Position numbers and translations under genes: made by a program. 24,415 bases of DNA, taken from a virus (Duplodnaviria; Caudoviricetes). Below, piece after piece: positions 7,488 through 14,807 of this stretch. How positions within the stretch are numbered: position 1 is the first letter of the stretch; each line of letters opens with the position of its first letter. The stretch is taken from IMG/VR virus record IMGVR_UViG_3300035102_000425, positions 1 through 24,415 of that record. One strand, written 5' to 3'. The notes under the pieces are model-generated. The model searched no databases. It was not told the origin of the DNA and saw nothing but the letters and a program-made list of their open reading frames with translations.

Positions 7488-7632
7488 TCCGGAACTGAAG
7501 GAGTTCATCAATGCCGTCATGCCGGGCGGATACGACGAACGCCCCGACGATAGCCGGGGCGCCGCCGAAACGGGAATCCTGCATGGGAGCTGCCACTCCC
7601 ATGAGAATTGTACCACCGGGGCAAGGCTATGA
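7480..7632 (+). CDS. Small hypothetical phage protein (50 aa)
   Basis: GGAGGG RBS before ATG 7480; overlaps both neighbours, consistent with translational coupling. Confidence 0.55.
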   Translation: MFDPELKEFINAVMPGGYDERPDDSRGAAETGILHGSCHSHENCTTGARL

Positions 7633-7919
7633 ACCGCCTTCTGTTGATGTTCGTCGCGGTCGCCGTGCTGGCCGGCGTGGCAGTTGCGCATACGTCTCGG
7701 GAGAGATTCGGTGACGAGTACCTGGAGTTCTTGCGGGAGGTTTCCGTCGAACATGTGGTGATGCCGGAAGAAACACTTTGGGATATCGCAAGAACCTATC
7801 ATCCCGAACGGGATCCCAGGGAAGTCATTTTCTACGTCCGGAAGATCAACGGTCTCGAGGGCCCGCAGGGACCTGTGCTGCAGGTCGGTCAGCGGGTCAG
7901 GGTGCCGGTGGAGTTTTAG
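7629..7919 (+). CDS. Signal-anchored LysM protein (YneA-like architecture)
   Basis: N-terminal hydrophobic helix; HVVMPEETLWDIAR...INGL...LQVGQRVRVP is a LysM motif. Confidence 0.85.
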   Translation: MNRLLLMFVAVAVLAGVAVAHTSRERFGDEYLEFLREVSVEHVVMPEETLWDIARTYHPERDPREVIFYVRKINGLEGPQGPVLQVGQRVRVPVEF

Positions 7920-7941
7920 AGGTACAGGCAGGAGGCGGATC

Positions 7942-9006
7942 ATGGCACACAAGCGATTTATCACAAGTGACATTTCAACGGACGAAAAACTGGCCCCTGT
8001 CGCGGCGGAGGACGCGATGAGTTCTCTCATGTGGCCATGGCTCTTGCTTGAGTTCGACGACTGGGGGAGAGCCGAATATTCTCCAACTCGAATAAAGCTC
8101 TCACGATTCCCGGCACAGGTAGCCTTGTCAGCGCAGGACATCGAGCGCGCGATCAACCTTTTTATCAAGCATGGACTCATGCACAAGTATGAAGATGGCG
8201 ACAAGTCATATCTTGCCGTGCGCCCACGTTCTTGGATCAAACACCAGACATACCTGGTCGGGACGAAGCGTCCTGGTGCCGACTCGAAATTTCCGGCTCC
8301 GGAGAATCCTCCATGGTCAAAGGAAGAGGAAATCGAGCTTCGCATCACCATGACAAGAACGTCAGACCGCGCCAAGGTCGAAAGGCAATTGACGGAAATG
8401 TCAGCTGACAATTCCGAATGTCAGCTGACAACAGCTGACGTCAGCCGACAGTCGGGAATGTCAGTACCTTCCCTTTCCCCTTCACCTTCACCTTCACCTT
8501 CACCTTCACCTTCACCTACAAAAACAAAAAACAAAAAAGACATGTCCGGCGAAAGTGCCGCCGGACTTTCTGCCGAGTTCGAGGAGTGGTGGGAGGGATA
8601 CCCCAGGAAGGACGCGAAAAAAGAGGCACAGGCGAAATATCGGGCCACGAGGCGCAAGGGCGTGAGCCGCGATGACCTCTTCCGAGCCCGGGACGTGTAT
8701 GCCAGGTACGTCAGGTCCCAGGGAACGGAGAAGCAGTTCATGCTGCTGGGAAAGACCTTTCTCGGCCCGAATGATCGATGGCGGGACTGGCTAAGAGGGC
8801 CCCCGGTGTCCGGAAGGTCGGCGGAACCGGCCACCGCTGCGGATTTTGCGGACGAACGCAGGGAGATAGACGAGCTTTTCGGAGGTGATCAGCGTGCCTG
8901 GTGGCAATGGCGAAAGGCTGGAAAGCCTGAAATCGGCGAGTGGCGTCGTGGCAGAGGTAATGGATCGGCTCGAAACGGTGAAGGAGACCGCCAGGTCCCT
9001 GGCTGA
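7942..9006 (+). CDS. Phage replication initiator protein
   Basis: AGGAGG RBS; N-terminal (DDWGR) winged-helix-type region, internal DNA repeats, C-terminal FEEWWEGYPRK...TFLG..RWRDW motif typical of phage replication proteins; followed by a DnaC-like gene. Confidence 0.85.
   Translation: MAHKRFITSDISTDEKLAPVAAEDAMSSLMWPWLLLEFDDWGRAEYSPTRIKLSRFPAQVALSAQDIERAINLFIKHGLMHKYEDGDKSYLAVRPRSWIKHQTYLVGTKRPGADSKFPAPENPPWSKEEEIELRITMTRTSDRAKVERQLTEMSADNSECQLTTADVSRQSGMSVPSLSPSPSPSPSPSPSPTKTKNKKDMSGESAAGLSAEFEEWWEGYPRKDAKKEAQAKYRATRRKGVSRDDLFRARDVYARYVRSQGTEKQFMLLGKTFLGPNDRWRDWLRGPPVSGRSAEPATAADFADERREIDELFGGDQRAWWQWRKAGKPEIGEWRRGRGNGSARNGEGDRQVPG
8397..8540. repeat. Putative replication origin: palindromic iterons, (CCTTCA)6 and an A-tract
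   Basis: TGTCAGCTGACA at 8399 and 8419, variants at 8439 and 8459 (20-bp period); CCTTCA x6 at 8479-8514 (encodes SP repeats); A-rich run 8520-8540. Confidence 0.75.
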
Positions 9007-9694
9007 ATGTCCCGGGACGTGCCGGAACGGGAAGCTGGAGCTCTCGTGTGAGGGGAAGCCCTTCTGGTGGCCGTGCCCGTTGATGACCAAAGACTGCGAG
9101 TACGGAGCGAAGCTGTATCGGCAATTCGTGGAGCAGATCCGGCTGGCTATCGTGGGGTTGGACATCCCGAGGGTGCACGTGGGGAACTTCTCCGAACCCC
9201 GGTCGACGACGGCCATGAAGGCGGCTTCTCAGTGGAGCGGTGCCGGGTTTCTGGTCCTGATCGGGCCGACGGATACGGGAAAATCCTTCGCGGCCGCCTG
9301 GGCGGTGAAACGTTTCGCGGAGAGAACCATCGATCGTGATGCCTGGCGGAGGCCGGACAAGTGGCATGAAAGCGTGGCGAAGATTCAGGGATCGGTCCGA
9401 TGGGTGCATATCCAGGAACTCATCGAGGCTCGGGAAGACAGGGAGCGGATCCTGAAGGCCAGGTTTCTCGTGATCGACGATCTGGCCAGCGAAGACGCGA
9501 CTCCACGAACGAAATCTGTGATCAATTACGCGATTTCGACGAGATACGACGACCGGCTCCCGACGGTGATCACGGCGAACCTTACGCGGCGTGAGCTTGA
9601 GGAACGCTACGACGGAAGGATCATGGATCGCTTGATCAACTCCGGGATCATCGTCGATTGTGACGGGCCCGGTTTCAGGGCGGAGATGGGGTGA
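8960..9694 (+). CDS. DnaC/IstB-like AAA+ helicase loader
   Basis: N-terminal Cys cluster (CPGTC...CP...C), Walker A GPTDTGKS, Walker B LVIDDL, RYDDRLPTVITANL and RIMDRL. Exact start uncertain. Confidence 0.9.
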   Translation: MDRLETVKETARSLAECPGTCRNGKLELSCEGKPFWWPCPLMTKDCEYGAKLYRQFVEQIRLAIVGLDIPRVHVGNFSEPRSTTAMKAASQWSGAGFLVLIGPTDTGKSFAAAWAVKRFAERTIDRDAWRRPDKWHESVAKIQGSVRWVHIQELIEAREDRERILKARFLVIDDLASEDATPRTKSVINYAISTRYDDRLPTVITANLTRRELEERYDGRIMDRLINSGIIVDCDGPGFRAEMG

Positions 9695-10236
9695 GGTCGG
9701 AAATGGCGAGAGCCTCGATCTTGCTTCCGAGGGAAAGCGAAGAGGTCTGCCGGAGGGCGAAGCGGGGCGACAGCATACGCCTTATCGCAACGGATCTCGG
9801 GGTTTCGGAAACGGCCGTCTCTAACACGCTCAAAAAGCGCGGCGTCGAACCGAGAAAGCCCCAGGGGAAAGCGACGGGGCAATATTGGACCTTGCAGGAC
9901 CAGCGGTGGCTCGAGGACCTCATGAACCTAGGGGTATCTTCGGTGTCCATCGCCGAGGCTATGGGGCGCCCCTTGCCGACGATCAAGCAGAAGCTGCGCG
10001 AGATCCGCCTGAAGCGGGAAGGCGTGGAAAGGCTCGAGGTGGGCAAACGGTACCGGATCCTGCAACGGCAGCTGCGGCGCGTCGGGGTGGAGGATCAGAT
10101 GCGGTGCCGGTACGAAGGAGAATGCCCAGGCGTCGGCGTGAGGCACCATCTGTTTCGGAGTATGGCCGGCGGGTACCTGGTCGCCATTTCGGACAGGCAG
10201 ATGGACGACTACGAGATCAGGGAGGACGGAAAATGA
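9691..10236 (+). CDS. Hypothetical protein with two HTH-like motifs
   Basis: SIRLIATDLGVSETAVSNTLK and WT..D..WL...SSVSIAEAMGRPLPTIKQK; GTGA and ATGA coupling to neighbours. Confidence 0.7.
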   Translation: MRSEMARASILLPRESEEVCRRAKRGDSIRLIATDLGVSETAVSNTLKKRGVEPRKPQGKATGQYWTLQDQRWLEDLMNLGVSSVSIAEAMGRPLPTIKQKLREIRLKREGVERLEVGKRYRILQRQLRRVGVEDQMRCRYEGECPGVGVRHHLFRSMAGGYLVAISDRQMDDYEIREDGK

Positions 10237-10595
10237 CGACAGTAAGGGATTTGAAGCAGAACGGCACGATACGGCCGGTGACGACCTTCGAGCGGAAGGC
10301 CCTTGAAGTTGCGCGGTTACTGGAGAAAAAGAACGCCGATTACGGCGGAAGCTATGACGAGATCCGCGAGGAATTCGGCGAGTTGTCGTTTTTGATCCGG
10401 TTCACCGACAAGTACAAGCGAGTCAGGCATCTGATCAAAGGCGGAGAGCTGCAGGTGAAGGAAGAGAAGATTGAGGATTCCCTGATGGATCTTGCCGGGT
10501 ACTGCATCCTGGAGCTCTTGTACAGGGAAGGCAACGCAGAGCGGACCATGGAATCTGATGCAAAAGAGGAATCCCATGGAGAGCGGGCATCCTGA
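10233..10595 (+). CDS. DUF1599 / nucleotide-modification-associated (Nmad-type, all-alpha) protein
   Basis: KKNADYGGSY...IRFTDKYKR...EKIEDSLMDLAGYCIL; GGGAGG RBS before ATG 10233 (the ORF-track start at 9885 is too far upstream). Confidence 0.8.
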   Translation: MTTVRDLKQNGTIRPVTTFERKALEVARLLEKKNADYGGSYDEIREEFGELSFLIRFTDKYKRVRHLIKGGELQVKEEKIEDSLMDLAGYCILELLYREGNAERTMESDAKEESHGERAS

Positions 10596-10767
10596 TTCCC
10601 GGGGGAGAAGGCTGCGGTGCCGGCACTGGAGCATGGAAAAAGAAAAGTGTCTACTGCATATGGCCGGCTGCGACCACTGCTTCATGTTCGATCGGATGAA
10701 CGAGGATGAATATCGGGCGCGTGCCAGAAAATGGGGCCTGAAGGTGCAGGAACTGCTGTTTGAATGA
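10576..10767 (+). CDS. Small Cys-rich hypothetical protein
   Basis: AGAGGA RBS; C-x9-C-x6-CxxC pattern; fills the gap in the operon. Confidence 0.6.
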   Translation: MESGHPDSRGRRLRCRHWSMEKEKCLLHMAGCDHCFMFDRMNEDEYRARARKWGLKVQELLFE

Positions 10768-10783
10768 TGAAGGAGGTGGGGTC

Positions 10784-11248
10784 ATGGGCTTGCCGAAACA
10801 TGTGAAGAAGTTCGTGCTCGAGGAGATCCGCTCGCTGGATTACTACCGCAGGGAGATCGAGTTCAGAAAACGTAGGATAGAGGAATTGCAGCAGGAAATG
10901 GGTGCCGTCATTCTGCCTGATCGTCCCTTCGAGAAGGAGCATGTCCGGGGAGGCAAGCCCGCCGATCCTGCCCAGTTGAAGGTGTTGTACCTGCAGGAGG
11001 AGATGGAGCACCACCAGGAACGGTTCCGGATCCTCTCAAGGAAGGTGAAGATTCTCACCGAGGCTTTGGACATCCTGGACCCTGAGCGGTGCCATGTCAT
11101 CCGGTGGGCGTCGGAACGTGAACGTGATCGTGCCCCCGCCTGGCAAATCGCCGAACGGTACTGTGTAAGCGAGAAAACCATCTACAGGTGGCAGGTTGAG
11201 GCGGTGCAGAAGCTGGCTCCGTTGTTGGTTGGGGTGTTTGGGAGATGA
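10784..11248 (+). CDS. RinA/ArpU-type late transcriptional activator
   Basis: AGGAGGT RBS; helical N-terminus, DPAQLKVL, C-terminal sigma-r4-like HTH (WQIAERYCVSEKTIYRWQVEAVQKLA); last gene of the early block before the packaging module. Confidence 0.8.
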   Translation: MGLPKHVKKFVLEEIRSLDYYRREIEFRKRRIEELQQEMGAVILPDRPFEKEHVRGGKPADPAQLKVLYLQEEMEHHQERFRILSRKVKILTEALDILDPERCHVIRWASERERDRAPAWQIAERYCVSEKTIYRWQVEAVQKLAPLLVGVFGR

Positions 11249-11287
11249 TCGATATTTAAATCTAGCCTGATTCTACAAAAGGAAGTA

Positions 11288-11315
11288 TTGAAAAAATAGG
11301 TCTTGGCATTATAGT
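11288..11315 (+). promoter_or_regulatory. Putative sigma70 promoter of the HicB-like/HicA-like operon
   Basis: TTGAAA-N16-TATAGT about 35 nt upstream of the ORF. Confidence 0.5.
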
Positions 11316-11348
11316 GTTTTGTAAACCCCTTGACGAAGAGGCCATTTG

Positions 11349-12416
11349 ATGGATCTTAAAGACCGCCAGATACGTTTAACATACGAGAGCCAAGATTTTT
11401 TCGAGAAAGATATCACTTTTTCTCAATTAGCCAGTTTTTTGCAGGCAACGCAAAAAACTATATACGAGACTGCGGAATTTATTGCTTCAGAGGAAAAACT
11501 GGAATTAGATCAAAAACAGATACGAGAAGAGATTGAAGAATATTGCCAATTGAAAAGAGTTTTGGAAGAAAAGTGTTGCTATACGTTGGTCGGAGAAATA
11601 TCACCTGAACATTCCATTGGCCCTATTACGGATATCGGTAAAGCTGCGTTACAAAAACTTCGTGAAATATTAGCAAGCCTTATATCAGATGATCCTTACA
11701 CTGAAATTGAGGAAATCCTTCCGAGTCCAATTTGGAGAAATAGGATCCTTCAGAAACTCAAGCCAATAGCTCCAGCAGAAAAGGACAAATGGCGAGTTTC
11801 GATAGCTGTAAATAATCGAGAAAATGTTTTCGTCCTAAACCCGGGGATCAAAAAAGTTATTTCCCGCATAATCCCTGCAAAAGCTCAAGAAATGGTAACT
11901 TTGCAAGGTGAATTGAAGCGACTAAGCCTTGACGAAAAGAAATTGGGGATCCTCCTTGAAGGAGAAATGAGAATTGTTCCCGTAAGTTACCCGGAAGAAT
12001 TCGAGGATACCTTGAAAAATTCACTTGGCAAGATTGTGAGGATAGTAGGGGATGTAGAGTATGAACATGATGGGCTGGTAAAAAAGATGAAATCCTTGAG
12101 TAACGTTTCTGAGCCCGAAAAATTCTATATTGAGATGAAGGAAATCAATTTTAACGGACGTGTACTACAAAGTCGGGATAAACTAAGGTTTGAACCATTT
12201 TATGATTCTGATATCCATATGATGGCAATTCGAGACCCTGAATTTAGGATGTTTGTTTCGGGTAATACGAAAGAGGAACTTCAAAAAGAAATTGAAGAAG
12301 TGATTGCATTTCTTTGGGAAGAGTATGCTCTTGAGGAAGATAAAAACTTAACAAAGGGAGCAATCGATTTGAAAAACAAACTTCTCGATACTTTTAAAGA
12401 GGAGTCTCAAAATTGA
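11349..12416 (+). CDS. Large AT-rich protein with C-terminal HicB-like antitoxin domain
   Basis: C-terminal MMAIRDPEFRMFVSGNTKEELQKEIEEVIAFLWEEY resembles the HicB partial RNase-H fold; central OB-like strand pattern (VTLQGELKRLSLD...LGKIVRIVGDV); overlaps the HicA-like gene. Confidence 0.65.
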   Translation: MDLKDRQIRLTYESQDFFEKDITFSQLASFLQATQKTIYETAEFIASEEKLELDQKQIREEIEEYCQLKRVLEEKCCYTLVGEISPEHSIGPITDIGKAALQKLREILASLISDDPYTEIEEILPSPIWRNRILQKLKPIAPAEKDKWRVSIAVNNRENVFVLNPGIKKVISRIIPAKAQEMVTLQGELKRLSLDEKKLGILLEGEMRIVPVSYPEEFEDTLKNSLGKIVRIVGDVEYEHDGLVKKMKSLSNVSEPEKFYIEMKEINFNGRVLQSRDKLRFEPFYDSDIHMMAIRDPEFRMFVSGNTKEELQKEIEEVIAFLWEEYALEEDKNLTKGAIDLKNKLLDTFKEESQN

Positions 12417-12697
12417 ATCCAAGGAAAAAAGGGGATGTTGAGAAAGCTCTTAGGCGAAAGGGCTTTCGTTCAAGAGAATCTCATCATACCTTTTGGAGTT
12501 ACTACTCGACAGAGGGGAAAAGAACCGAAATTTTCACCAAAGTGAGTCATGGGCACAGTGAGATTTCCCCAGACAATCTAAGAAAAATGGCAAAGCAATG
12601 TTTTTTAACAAACTCGGAATTTGTGGATTTGATGCAATGTCCGCTCAGTAGAGAACAATACGAAGAAATACTACGCCAAAAAGGATTAAAGTTCTAA
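12413..12697 (+). CDS. HicA-like toxin (dsRBD-fold mRNase)
   Basis: 94 aa, basic; VEKALRRKGF...SHH.F...TKVSHG..EI....LRKMAKQ follows the HicA pattern; TTG start overlapping the upstream stop. Confidence 0.75.
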   Translation: MNPRKKGDVEKALRRKGFRSRESHHTFWSYYSTEGKRTEIFTKVSHGHSEISPDNLRKMAKQCFLTNSEFVDLMQCPLSREQYEEILRQKGLKF

Positions 12698-12716
12698 TGG
12701 ATCCTAGTCATATTTC

Positions 12717-12746
12717 CAACAACAACAACAACAACAACAACAGCAG
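12717..12746. repeat. Trinucleotide microsatellite (CAA)8(CAG)2
   Basis: Read directly from the sequence, just downstream of the HicA-like stop codon. Confidence 0.95.
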
Positions 12747-12808
12747 CATCTGAAGACCGATGGAGCTATATGATGATCACAATATCAAGATTATCGAGAA
12801 AAGAGATT

Positions 12809-13363
12809 CTATATATCTCGAGGGGTGAACAAAGCACGCAATTCTTCAATATCTTTGAAATGATTTCGCATAAGTTTCGTTAATTCAAGAAAACTTTTGT
12901 CATTAAAAGAACCCTGAAGAGGTTCTGGTACAGGTATGGTGTTCTCCCTGAAGAAGCGTTCAAATTCAGCATAAAGTTTGTTTAGCCATTTCTCTGTAGC
13001 TTCTTCTTCTGTTCCAAAGAATTGAAAGTGCTTAGGACTAAGAGGTTGTTTTTGGAAATGAAAAGTAGCATTTCTAAAGCGACGTAGCCGATCAACAAAA
13101 GGAGAGTCTAAAAGTTCATCTATCTTTGGGTCAGTCAGTTTTAGTTCCTGCCAACCCTCGATAACTAGATATATTCCAGAATACGAATACATAAGGTAGA
13201 GTGTGGCTGGAGAGAAGAGGAAAAATAGCAAACCAGCAATATCAGTTTCGACTAACTCTTTCCACTCGGGATTAAACTCTTTTCTGAATAGACTGCGCAT
13301 ATGCGCAGCATAGGCGAAATATCGGTACAGTGTGACAATTTCCGGGCTCATTTCCGGCAACAA
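12809..13363 (-). CDS. All-helical AT-rich protein with HEPN-type RxxxxH motif (candidate RNase effector)
   Basis: LRRFRNATFHF; GGAGGT RBS 7 nt before TTG 13363 (ORF track starts at 13378). Confidence 0.65.
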   Translation of the reverse strand: MLPEMSPEIVTLYRYFAYAAHMRSLFRKEFNPEWKELVETDIAGLLFFLFSPATLYLMYSYSGIYLVIEGWQELKLTDPKIDELLDSPFVDRLRRFRNATFHFQKQPLSPKHFQFFGTEEEATEKWLNKLYAEFERFFRENTIPVPEPLQGSFNDKSFLELTKLMRNHFKDIEELRALFTPRDI

Positions 13364-13754
13364 TAACACAACCTCCATATTTGATCTGTCAGAAAAAAGC
13401 TTTTCATAAGGTACTTTAAAAGAAATATTTGGGATTCGTAAAACCTATATGGAGCTATCGTTCATTTACTTAAGTGAAAAGTTAGGAGATAAAGGGTTTA
13501 GGATAAAGGAGTCCTAAGCATTCGTTGCGTTCTGCATCTTCCTGTTCGGAATTAAGCCTTGCTTGTTATTGCTTCTGACAATGTGAGATTTAAGACGGAT
13601 CCATATTATTGCAAAACGCCTTTTTTAAAAAATAAGGAGAGAAAACGTGGTTCCTGTTGCTATAAAGTATAATAAGAGACTAGAGGAGATTGCCTGAGAG
13701 TAACGCTAGACTTTTAGACACATTATATAACGGCCTTTGGCTTAACATCTTAAA

Positions 13755-13763
13755 ATTATAGCA
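13755..13763 (-). promoter_or_regulatory. Extended -10 promoter (TGcTATAAT) facing the HEPN-motif gene
   Basis: Exact TGnTATAAT on the minus strand, about 390 nt upstream of the gene start. Confidence 0.45.
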
Positions 13764-13775
13764 CGAACGAATGTC

Positions 13776-14360
13776 TTATAGTTTCAGAGTGGAATAAACA
13801 GAATCCCTATCCTCCCGTTTAATCCCTATATACCGTAACGTGACTCCCTGCGAATGGTGGTTCAGGATATCCTGGATCACTTCCAGGTCCACCCCCGCCT
13901 TGTAGGCATGGTACCCAAAGGTCTTCCGCATCGTGTGTGTCCCTATGGCTTCCTCGACACCGGCTTCCTGGGCGGCGTTCCGGATGACCCGGTAGGCCTG
14001 GTTCCGTGATATGGCCTTTTTGCCCTTTCCCTTCCTGGATTGAAACAGTGGAGTTCCCGGGTCCAGCCGGATGCCTCCCTTTCTCAAATATTCCCTCAGC
14101 GCCTTTTTCGTTGGGTCGTTGATGGGAAAGTCTTTTGCCTTCCCGGTCTTTTGTTCCCGAATTCGAATGCGGTCTGCTATCCGCGTGCGCTTCTTTGGAT
14201 GGGTCACGTCTTTGATCTTCAGGGCCAGCATGTCGGAGATCCTCAAACCCGAATTGATCCCCAGGACAAAGAGCGCATAGTCCCTCAGGCTCCGTTTCTT
14301 TAATATCCGCTTCATGGCCTCGATGTCAGTCTTGTTGCGGATTGGCTCCACATATTCCAT
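13776..14360 (-). CDS. Small tyrosine recombinase (catalytic domain only, 194 aa)
   Basis: MEYVEPIR start with GGGAG RBS; catalytic set GLRISD (R), EQKTGK (K), HTMRKT (HxxR), LNH (H), TLRYIG (Y); no arm-binding domain. Confidence 0.93.
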   Translation of the reverse strand: MEYVEPIRNKTDIEAMKRILKKRSLRDYALFVLGINSGLRISDMLALKIKDVTHPKKRTRIADRIRIREQKTGKAKDFPINDPTKKALREYLRKGGIRLDPGTPLFQSRKGKGKKAISRNQAYRVIRNAAQEAGVEEAIGTHTMRKTFGYHAYKAGVDLEVIQDILNHHSQGVTLRYIGIKREDRDSVYSTLKL

Positions 14361-14485
14361 CTGTACAGGCTCCCAAAGATAAAGATTTTCATATGGACGT
14401 AATGTTGTCTGTTTTAGGCCGTTACAAGAGTTCGCTTTGTGTATTTCAAAGCCTTGCTGTTGCCGTATTTTCCGGCTCTTCGCGC

Positions 14486-14516
14486 GAATGTCACAGAATG
14501 TCTTTATGACACATTC
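14486..14516. other. Putative tyrosine-recombinase core site (imperfect palindrome)
   Basis: GAATGTCACAGAA-TGTCT-TTATGACACATTC: 13-bp arms matching at 10/13 around a 5-7 bp spacer, about 125 nt upstream of the recombinase start; dif/lox-like geometry. Confidence 0.55.
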
Positions 14517-14566
14517 AAAGCCGCCTGGAATGAATGTACTCAAAAGGGTCAGGCTTCGGGTCGAAA

Positions 14567-14620
14567 TGTCCGAATGCTGTCCGAATTCTTGTGCTTCTCA
14601 ATGGTTGGATGATATCGGGG
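14567..14620 (+). promoter_or_regulatory. Putative late promoter with tandem activator-binding repeat
   Basis: TGTCCGAAT direct repeat at 14567-14575 and 14578-14586 (11-bp period), followed by a weak -10-like TGATAT, upstream of cos and terS. Confidence 0.5.
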
Positions 14621-14807
14621 TATGACGCCCCCTTGAGGATGGAGCTCCGCGGGCAACGCCTCCCCCGCGGGGCTCTTCCTATATCCAATTTTGGACAGTT
14701 CTATGTAAGGAAACGGTCGGGCCCGTCCATCGAGGGCGGGACCAGGGGAGCACGCCCCAACATGCGAGGGGTGGGAGCGCGGGGCGTATATAAAAGGTGC
14801 GAAAAAC

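Noticed and set aside
6786-8411. 541-aa minus-strand ORF
   Set aside because: Antisense shadow across five well-supported plus-strand genes in GC-rich DNA.
8399-8470. Regularly spaced palindromic repeats as a mini-CRISPR
   Set aside because: 12-bp repeats with 8-bp spacers inside a coding gene and no cas genes; fits iterons.
12760-13458. 10-bp direct repeat ATGGAGCTAT (12760 and 13449) flanking the HEPN-motif gene as a target-site duplication
   Set aside because: Short, in AT-rich DNA, with no inverted ends or transposase; chance is plausible without an empty-site comparison.
13410-13517. Short plus-strand open frame (GTLKEIFG...RIKES*) as a gene remnant
   Set aside because: Too short, with no RBS or motif to support it.
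13776-14543. The recombinase as the prophage integrase, with the 255-aa ORF-track start
   Set aside because: It lacks N-terminal arm/core-binding domains and lies mid-genome; the RBS supports a start at 14360, and the upstream extension covers the palindromic site.
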